This document shows, in pieces, positions 32,497-39,378 of a stretch of DNA of 43,941 nucleotides (the stretch's first letter is position 1; each line of letters opens with the position of its first letter). Origin of the DNA: Nanobdellota archaeon (lineage in GTDB: Archaea > Nanobdellota > Nanobdellia > SCGC-AAA011-G17 > GW2011-AR20). Under the pieces are notes generated by a model. It saw nothing but the letters and a program-made list of their open reading frames with translations, made no database searches and was not told the origin of the DNA. The position numbers and the translations under genes are program-made. The DNA is taken from NCBI GenBank assembly GCA_038045885.1, contig JBBSXG010000030.1, positions 1 to 43,941 of the forward strand, read 5' to 3'.

Positions 32497-32514
32497 TTAG
32501 TTAATTTTTTAAAC
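32497..32514. repeat. Direct repeat, right copy (TTAGTTAATTTTTTAAAC), overlapping the alaS TATA box
   Basis: See the left copy. TTTTTAAA (32506-32513) is centred 25.5 nt upstream of the alaS ATG. Confidence 0.5.
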
Positions 32515-32534
32515 TTTAATTAAAACATGTATTT

Positions 32535-34280
32535 ATGCAAAGTAATGAATTAAAGACAAAATACTTAGAATTTTTCAAAAGTAAAAAGCATGCCATTATT
32601 CCTTCTAGTTCATTAATGCCAGAGCACGATCCTACAGTATTATTTACGACAGCAGGAATGCATCCTTTGGTTCCTTATTTACTAGGACAAAGGCATCCTT
32701 CTGGAAAAAGATTAGTTAACTATCAAAAATGTCTAAGAACAGATGATATAGAAGAAGTAGGAGATAGTACACATTTAACTTTTTTCGAGATGCTTGGAAA
32801 CTGGAGTCTAGGAGATTATTTTAAAGAAGATGCAATAAATTTTAGTTATGAATTTTTAACCAAGAATTTGAAATTAGACTCAAAAAGAATTCATGTTAGT
32901 TGCTTCAAAGGGGATAAAGACGCTCCAAAGGATGAAGAATCAGCTAGAGTATGGCTGAAATTAGGGATGCCAAAAGAAAGAATTTATTTCTTTGGTAAAA
33001 AAGAAAACTGGTGGGGTCCTGCAGGTCAAACAGGTCCATGTGGTCCAGATACAGAAATGTATTATGATACTCTAAAAGAAAAGTGCTCTAAAGACTGCAT
33101 GCCTGGATGTTCTTGTGGAAAATATGTTGAAATATGGAATGATGTTTTCATGCAGTATAATAAAACAGAGAAAGGTTATGAAAAATTAAAACAGCAAAAT
33201 GTTGATACAGGAATGGGTTTAGAGAGAACAACAATGGTTTTGCAGAATAAATCAAGTGTTTTTGATACAGATTTATTTCAAGATATAATAAAAAAAATAA
33301 GTTCTTTAAGCAATAAAGACGATTTAAGAGCTAAAAGAATTATTGCAGATCATTTACGTGCAAGTGTGTTTATTTTAGCTGAAAAAATTCCTCCAAGCAA
33401 TGTTGAACATGGTTATATTCTAAGAAGATTAATTAGAAGAGCTATAAGATATGGGCATATTCTCGGCATAAATAATAAATTTACAAAGGAAATTGCAGAA
33501 GTTATTATTAAAAGATATAAAAATGATTACAAAGAATTAGGGCAAAATAAAAATTTTATTTTAAAAGAATTTGAAGCTGAAGAAGACAAGTTTGAAAAAA
33601 CATTAGTTCAAGGATTAAGGATATTAGAAAAAGAAATTCCAAATTTAAAGAATAAAGCAATTTCAAAAGAACTTGCATTTAATTTATTCACAACTTATGG
33701 GTTTCCTTTAGAGATGATAAATGAAGTCGCTAAGGAGAATAATCTAAAAGTTGATGAGCATGGATTTAATGATTTATTTGCTAAACACCAAGAAATTTCA
33801 AGACAAGGAGCAGAGCAGAAGTTCAGAGGAGGATTAGCCGATCACAGTAAAGAAGTTGTAAGAATGCATACAGCTACTCATTTGTTACATAAAGCATTAA
33901 GAGACGTTCTTGGGGATCATGTAAGACAAATGGGAAGCAACATAACAAAAGAGAGATTAAGATTTGATTTTGTCAATCCAAAAGCAATGACAAAAGAGGA
34001 AATTAAAAAAGTTGAAGATATAGTAAATAAAAAAATAAAAGAAGGATTGAAAGTTGAAAGGTTAGAAATGAGATATCAAGATGCTATAAAAAAAGGAGCT
34101 CTAGCTTTTTTCAAAGAAAAATATCCTGGAACTGTTTCTGTTTACAAGATTGGAGAATATAGTACGGAATTATGCGGCGGTCCTCATATTAAAAATACTA
34201 AAGAAATTAAAAGTTTTAGAATAATAAAAGAAGAGGCTGTTTCTGCTGGTGTAAGAAGAATTAAAGCTGTTGTTGGTTAA
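32535..34280 (+). CDS. alaS: Alanyl-tRNA synthetase, bacterial type, short form (catalytic plus editing domains, no C-Ala domain)
   Basis: DPTVLFTTAGMHPL, QKCLRTDDIEEVGD..HLTFFEMLGNWSLGDYFK. Editing-domain motifs HTATHLLH and CGGPH. The protein is only 581 aa. Confidence 0.9.
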   Translation: MQSNELKTKYLEFFKSKKHAIIPSSSLMPEHDPTVLFTTAGMHPLVPYLLGQRHPSGKRLVNYQKCLRTDDIEEVGDSTHLTFFEMLGNWSLGDYFKEDAINFSYEFLTKNLKLDSKRIHVSCFKGDKDAPKDEESARVWLKLGMPKERIYFFGKKENWWGPAGQTGPCGPDTEMYYDTLKEKCSKDCMPGCSCGKYVEIWNDVFMQYNKTEKGYEKLKQQNVDTGMGLERTTMVLQNKSSVFDTDLFQDIIKKISSLSNKDDLRAKRIIADHLRASVFILAEKIPPSNVEHGYILRRLIRRAIRYGHILGINNKFTKEIAEVIIKRYKNDYKELGQNKNFILKEFEAEEDKFEKTLVQGLRILEKEIPNLKNKAISKELAFNLFTTYGFPLEMINEVAKENNLKVDEHGFNDLFAKHQEISRQGAEQKFRGGLADHSKEVVRMHTATHLLHKALRDVLGDHVRQMGSNITKERLRFDFVNPKAMTKEEIKKVEDIVNKKIKEGLKVERLEMRYQDAIKKGALAFFKEKYPGTVSVYKIGEYSTELCGGPHIKNTKEIKSFRIIKEEAVSAGVRRIKAVVG

Positions 34281-34648
34281 AAGTTTAATCTAGATAATTT
34301 ATCTTGTAAAATTCTTAATTCCCTTTGCAAGTCATTTCCTTTTCTTAATTTTGGCTCTTTTCTACCTGTAGTTAATTCTTCTTTATGCTCAATTCTAGAA
34401 ACTTGCTTTTCAATTTTCTCTTCAGTCACTTGAGGTAATTTATTTACTAAAGAATCTATTTCCTGGTTAACAATTTTAAACTTATCAGCTAAATCTAAAA
34501 ATTTCTTCTTTTTTAGGTTCTTTAACTTCTTAAATTTTTCATAATTTTCGAGAACCTTAATGGCATCTACTCCTCCTAATAACAAATGTCTTCTTATATC
34601 CCTTGGATTTGTCACTAAAACATGTAAAGGATTATCTTTTTTAGCCAT
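34277..34648 (-). CDS. Hypothetical coiled-coil protein (123 aa from the ATG at 34648)
   Basis: MAKKDNPLHVL... It starts 1 nt after the stop of the upstream ORF. The ORF-track start at 34675 would overlap that ORF by 26 nt. Confidence 0.45.
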   Translation of the reverse strand: MAKKDNPLHVLVTNPRDIRRHLLLGGVDAIKVLENYEKFKKLKNLKKKKFLDLADKFKIVNQEIDSLVNKLPQVTEEKIEKQVSRIEHKEELTTGRKEPKLRKGNDLQRELRILQDKLSRLNF

Positions 34649-34649
34649 T

Positions 34650-35066
34650 TTATTCGAATAACATACCATCGACATTCATTAGTTTTTCCTTAACAGAACG
34701 AATATGCTCACTCCATTCGTCTAACTGCATATCCTCATCTCTTCTAATCTGCCTTAATTCGCTTATTATATTGTTAGCTTCTTCTAGTTTATCACGTATA
34801 GAATTCAGTGTTGCAATGGCATTTTCATACTTATCTATCTTAATAAATAAAGGTCTTCTGTCATAATTCCCCATTTCTTGATGTTCTTCTTTAGGGAACT
34901 CTGGAATAGGCATAGGCATCTTAGACTTCATGCCAATTTTATCAGCATCAAAATTCATTGCCGGGGTATATCTTGGAAAATCATCATCTGTATATTCTGA
35001 AGAATCAGAGAATTTGTCTGGTGGACTTGGTAAATCTGGTAAATCTTTTTTTTTGAAAAAAACCAT
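34650..35066 (-). CDS. Hypothetical protein with an acidic/proline-rich N-terminus and a C-terminal coiled coil
   Basis: 138-aa ORF. The segment RPLFIKIDKYENAI..L..IR.KLEEA looks conserved, but I do not recognise the family. Confidence 0.45.
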   Translation of the reverse strand: MVFFKKKDLPDLPSPPDKFSDSSEYTDDDFPRYTPAMNFDADKIGMKSKMPMPIPEFPKEEHQEMGNYDRRPLFIKIDKYENAIATLNSIRDKLEEANNIISELRQIRRDEDMQLDEWSEHIRSVKEKLMNVDGMLFE

Positions 35067-35187
35067 TATAACAACCTCCCTTTTATTATAAATATTACTA
35101 AAATATAGTCCTTATTAAATGTTTCTAATTATTAAAATGTGATAATTTTCAAATATAAAAAGATTTTTAAATACATCATTCAATTCA

Positions 35188-35883
35188 ATGTTAATGGAAT
35201 TTTTAAATATCGTCGAAGAGTTCGTTCAGGAAATAGCGGGGAAAGACGCTATCAAGCTTCTAAACTTACTAAAAGAGAAGGAGAATATTTCTGAATTTGA
35301 CATTGCTGAAGATTTAAAGATGAGCATTAATCAGATAAGAAATCTATTATATAAATTAAATTCCTACAATCTAGTCTATTCTAACAGAAAAAAAGACAGA
35401 GAAAAGGGATGGTATATTTATTACTGGACATTTAATTTCAAGCATGCGAGGGATTTATTAATTAGCAGAAAGCAAGCTGAGATTTTAAGACTAAAAGACG
35501 AATTAGAAAAAGAAAGACAGCATAGATATTTTGTTTGTGCTAATGACAACATAAGATATGAGTTAGAAGAAGCATTAGAATTAGAATATAAATGCAGTGA
35601 ATGTGGCAGCATATTAAAGCAAGAAGATAGCACTAAGAGGATTAATGAAATTGAATCAAGAATAAATAAATTACAATATGATCTATCAGAATTGAACAAA
35701 CCAATAATGATTACTCCTAAGGCTGCAGAGGAAGAGGTTGAGAAAAAGAAACAGAGAAGATCAAAGAGAATAAAGAAAGTAAAGCATAAATTTAAATCTA
35801 AGATAAAGAAGAAAAAGACTAAATCAAAACCTTCTAAAAAACATATTAAAAGGAAAATAAAAGGAAAAAAGAAAAGACGTTAA
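35188..35883 (+). CDS. tfe: Transcription factor E alpha (TFE/TFIIE-alpha homologue) with a ~45-aa Lys/Arg-rich C-terminal tail
   Basis: Winged helix (ISEFDIAEDLKMSINQIRNLLYKLNSYNLV...GWYIYYW). Zn-ribbon remnant C.......CSECG. The TATA spacing favours the ATG at 35194. Confidence 0.75.
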   Translation: MLMEFLNIVEEFVQEIAGKDAIKLLNLLKEKENISEFDIAEDLKMSINQIRNLLYKLNSYNLVYSNRKKDREKGWYIYYWTFNFKHARDLLISRKQAEILRLKDELEKERQHRYFVCANDNIRYELEEALELEYKCSECGSILKQEDSTKRINEIESRINKLQYDLSELNKPIMITPKAAEEEVEKKKQRRSKRIKKVKHKFKSKIKKKKTKSKPSKKHIKRKIKGKKKRR

Positions 35884-35973
35884 GAAGCAACATAAATTTC
35901 TTCTTCTTGTTCTTCATTTAATTCATCAGCAAACATAGCTTCAAGTTCCTGTAAATCGAGTTTTTGTTTTTTA

Positions 35974-36165
35974 CTAAGCATTCTTTAGATCACTAAATCC
36001 GATCAGTAATAATACAACCCCGATTAAGACAACTAAAAGAACTATGCCGCCTTTGATTAAACTTAATGCTGCTATCCCCCAACTGTTGCCATAACTTAGA
36101 TATACTGCGACAATTACAAGGATAATTCCAAACACTATTTTGAATAAATTTGCGACCATATCCAT
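35974..36165 (-). CDS. Small membrane protein (63 aa, two TM segments)
   Basis: ORF with two hydrophobic helices. Confidence 0.35.
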   Translation of the reverse strand: MDMVANLFKIVFGIILVIVAVYLSYGNSWGIAALSLIKGGIVLLVVLIGVVLLLIGFSDLKNA

Positions 36166-36208
36166 TTAAGCAAGTAAAACAATAAAATTTATATAACTTC
36201 CGAAAACT

Positions 36209-36826
36209 ATGGGTTTTAAGGAAATTAAAAAGTTTTTTAAACCGAGATTTTTGAGTAAGATTATGGGTTACAAGAAATATCTAAGCAAGTTATGGAATGA
36301 TCACGATAAGATTAATGCATTAATCAGGCCAAGAATGGTTGAGTGGAGAAAGAGCAATGCTGTTGTACGTGTTGATCACCCAACAAGGCCAGATAAGGCG
36401 CATGCTTTAGGATTTAGGGCAAAACAAGGTTATGTTGTTGCCCGCGTAAGATTATTAAGAGGAGGGCATGAACGTCCAAGGTTTAATTCTGGAAGAAAAT
36501 CTAAGAATACAAGAAGAAAGTTAGTTCTAGGAATGAATTACCAATGGATCGCAGAACAAAGAGCAAATAAGCATTACCCAAATTGTGAAGTCGTTAACTC
36601 ATACTATTTAGCAAGAGATGGAAGAAATTATTTTTACGAAGTTATTATGATTGATAGGGAGATTGCAAAGAAGTATCCTGAAATTAAAAATTTAGCAAGA
36701 CAAAGAGGAAGAGTATATAGAGGAATAACAAGTGCAGCAAGAAAATCTCGTGGTTTACAAGGAAAAGGTAAAGGATATGAGAAGATGCGCCCTAGTAAAC
36801 GATCAAATAGAATAATAAGGCATTAA
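36209..36826 (+). CDS. rpl15e: 50S ribosomal protein eL15 (L15e)
   Basis: YLSKLW....RPRMVEWRK...V.RVDHPTRPDKAHALGFRAKQGYVVARVRLLRGG. The real start may be the second Met at 36263 (MGYKKYLSKLW). Confidence 0.9.
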   Translation: MGFKEIKKFFKPRFLSKIMGYKKYLSKLWNDHDKINALIRPRMVEWRKSNAVVRVDHPTRPDKAHALGFRAKQGYVVARVRLLRGGHERPRFNSGRKSKNTRRKLVLGMNYQWIAEQRANKHYPNCEVVNSYYLARDGRNYFYEVIMIDREIAKKYPEIKNLARQRGRVYRGITSAARKSRGLQGKGKGYEKMRPSKRSNRIIRH

Positions 36827-36978
36827 TAAATATATAATTAACTAGCATATAAGATTATAGTATCTTTCCTACTATAAAAAATATCTTATCAAGGATAATA
36901 AAGCCTAAATAATCTATAGCCCATTATATACTATTCTATAATAATAAGATTTATAAACTACTTAGTTGTGTATATTTT

Positions 36979-38244
36979 ATGAAATTATTTAGTACATTAA
37001 CTTTTGTGGCATTATATTCTACTTTAAACTTATTTAAGCCTAATTTTGCAGAAGCTCAATCACAATTAAATTTATACCATATCTCTGGGGCACAGTTTAT
37101 GGAGACGGGAAGAGATACAACTGCAGATGGAAAAAAATTTGTAGGTTTAGTGCAGATAGGAAGCCAAAACGTAGTATGGAATGCAGAAAGAACAAGAGAC
37201 AAATCCACGACAGCTGCAAGCTTTTATAACGTCGTCTTTGGAAAAGATAGAAGCAAAGACAGAATTATAAAAGAGGCAATGGCTTTAACATCACGAGAAA
37301 GTCCCGAAGATATAACAATTCTAAGAGAGGATAATGGAGATATAATAGAAATATATGGAAAAAAGGGGACTGTAAGACATACCAAAAAGAATGGAACATT
37401 TTATCCCCATAGTCTGTTGAAAAGAGGAGAGATGTTTTGGGCGCCTGCAGATGTATTAAAAATATATTATGCTTTAACACCCGAAAATGTAAATAGACTT
37501 GAGGAACAAGTAGCATCTTTAAATGACGAAAAGATAAATTTGATGAGAGAGAATGATAGAGAAGTAATCTTTCAAAGACAGAAAGTTGTGGACTTGGAGA
37601 TACTTAGCAAAAAACTTGAAGGCAAGCTTTGGGGATACGAAGAACAAGAAAGAAAAGATGAAGGGGAAATTTTTCCTATTGGACTTGGATTTTTCATTGA
37701 AACACAAGGAAATAGCTATAATTTCAGAGTTTCAAGTGAGTATGGTGAGCACTCAGTAAAAGCAAATAATTTTTCTGGTGGAGGAGGATTTAGATTATTT
37801 CTTAATAAAGATTCACAATTTAGTCCAGAAGTTAGTGCTGCTTTTAAAATAGGAACAGAGTTTACATCAGAAAAGTACAATCAAAATGACCCTCAAGGAA
37901 ATCCAACAGAAGCTGTAAGATTTATAAGACCTTACTCATCTGTTGAACTTCTTGGAGGGATAGCGGTAAAATATAAAAATATAAGAATAAAGTTTTCTGG
38001 AGGGGCAATAAAAAATACTCCTTGGGAAAAAGATGTAAAAGAAGGAGATCATAGCCAGGAGATCGGAGGAACATTAGACACAAAATTACAAGACTGGATA
38101 CCTACTGCATCTGCCGCGATAGAAATCCCATCTTCAAGAGGAGCAATAAACTTTTTTATTGGAACAGACTTCGGTAGCTCTCCTATGAAAAGAAGCGGAT
38201 ACATTGGAATCCAAGCAGAGATACACACCAGAATTAAAGAATGA
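36979..38244 (+). CDS. Secreted protein: signal peptide, globular/coiled-coil N-terminal half, beta-barrel-like C-terminal half
   Basis: Signal peptide ...NFAEA|Q. Residues ~232-421 contain about 9-10 alternating amphipathic strands separated by Gly/Asn/Asp turns. Confidence 0.55.
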   Translation: MKLFSTLTFVALYSTLNLFKPNFAEAQSQLNLYHISGAQFMETGRDTTADGKKFVGLVQIGSQNVVWNAERTRDKSTTAASFYNVVFGKDRSKDRIIKEAMALTSRESPEDITILREDNGDIIEIYGKKGTVRHTKKNGTFYPHSLLKRGEMFWAPADVLKIYYALTPENVNRLEEQVASLNDEKINLMRENDREVIFQRQKVVDLEILSKKLEGKLWGYEEQERKDEGEIFPIGLGFFIETQGNSYNFRVSSEYGEHSVKANNFSGGGGFRLFLNKDSQFSPEVSAAFKIGTEFTSEKYNQNDPQGNPTEAVRFIRPYSSVELLGGIAVKYKNIRIKFSGGAIKNTPWEKDVKEGDHSQEIGGTLDTKLQDWIPTASAAIEIPSSRGAINFFIGTDFGSSPMKRSGYIGIQAEIHTRIKE

Positions 38245-38352
38245 TTAATAATTCTTACAGGAATATATTTAAAACTTTCATAAAAACTTGGTTTAACTTA
38301 ACAATGCATCTCCACGCCAAAATTTATAAATAAGAAGTTATAGATTTATTGA

Positions 38353-39378
38353 ATGATATCGATAAATAAAATCAAGGAGTATTTGGATGATTCAGTTAAT
38401 CCATTAATTTTATTTGATGATGATACAGATGGATTAGCTTCTTTTTTGCTAATTAGAAAATATCTTGATAAAGGCAAAGGAATTCCTGTAAAACATAACA
38501 TCGTTGATGAATCTTATCTTAAAGCTGTAAATTATTATTCTCCTGATCTAGTTTTAGTTCTGGATAAGCATGGAATAAGCCAGGAATTTGTTGATAAGAT
38601 TAATGTGCCAATAATCTGGATTGATCACCATCCTATAAAAGATATAAAAGGTGTAAAACACTTTAACCCATTATATTTTGATAAAAATGATTCAAGACCA
38701 ACATCATACTGGTGTTATCAGATTACAAAAGAGAATTTATGGATAGCCGCAACCGGGATAATTGGAGATTGGTGTTTAGATTATTATCATGAATTTTGCG
38801 AGAGGTACAAAGATTTAGGTGATCCGGAACTAAAAGAACCACCGGATGTCTTGTTTAAAACTAGGGTGGGGGAATTAGCAAAATTGTTTACGTTTATATT
38901 ACACGGAAAAACTCAAGAAGTAAAACAGTCTATTAATATTTTAACAAGAATCAATGATCCCCATGAAATATTAGACAGAACAACCCCAAGAGGAAAATTT
39001 ATTTACAAGAGATTTGAAAAGTCAAACAATGAGTATAAGAGGATATTGCATGATGCGATAAAAAATAGTATAATATATAAAAAAATATTTCTTTACACTT
39101 ATACTCTTAAAGACAGCAGTTATACAACAATACTAGCTAACGAATTAATCTACAAAAATCCTGATAAAGTCGTTGTAATAGCGAGAGAAAAGGATGGAAG
39201 AATGAAAATGAGTTTAAGATCTTATTACAAAGGAGATGTAATTCTTCCAAGATTGATAGATAAGGTAATTGTTGGATTAAATGGAAAATCTGGGGGTCAC
39301 GACCATTCATGTGGTGGAGAAATAGACAAAGAAGATTTCAAAACATTTATAGATAGGTTAGAACACCTGCTAAAGTAA
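38353..39378 (+). CDS. DHH/DHHA1-family phosphoesterase (RecJ/NrnA-like)
   Basis: FDDDTDG, DLVLVLD, WIDHHP (DHH motif) and GGHDHSCGG (DHHA1 GGGH-type motif). Confidence 0.8.
   Translation: MISINKIKEYLDDSVNPLILFDDDTDGLASFLLIRKYLDKGKGIPVKHNIVDESYLKAVNYYSPDLVLVLDKHGISQEFVDKINVPIIWIDHHPIKDIKGVKHFNPLYFDKNDSRPTSYWCYQITKENLWIAATGIIGDWCLDYYHEFCERYKDLGDPELKEPPDVLFKTRVGELAKLFTFILHGKTQEVKQSINILTRINDPHEILDRTTPRGKFIYKRFEKSNNEYKRILHDAIKNSIIYKKIFLYTYTLKDSSYTTILANELIYKNPDKVVVIAREKDGRMKMSLRSYYKGDVILPRLIDKVIVGLNGKSGGHDHSCGGEIDKEDFKTFIDRLEHLLK

Noticed and set aside
35880-35981. 33-aa acidic minus-strand ORF (MLSKKQKLDLQELEAMFADELNEEQEEEIYVAS) downstream of the 63-aa membrane protein gene
   Set aside because: It is too short, has no recognisable motif, and overlaps the upstream gene by 8 nt. 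It could be real, but nothing in the sequence supports it beyond an open frame.
36209-36265. N-terminal 18-aa extension of L15e (MGFKEIKKFFKPRFLSKI) as a real feature
   Set aside because: eL15 proteins normally begin close to the ...Y...LW motif, which fits the second Met at 36263. The TATA-like element at 36188-36195 is too close (about 17 nt) to the first ATG. I report the long ORF but do not treat the extension as biology.
36855-36877. Perfect 8-bp inverted repeat TTATAGTA-N7-TACTATAA after rpl15e, considered as a terminator or protein-binding site
   Set aside because: The stem is AT-only in a very AT-rich spacer and is not followed by a T-run (AAAA follows on the + strand). Chance occurrence is likely.
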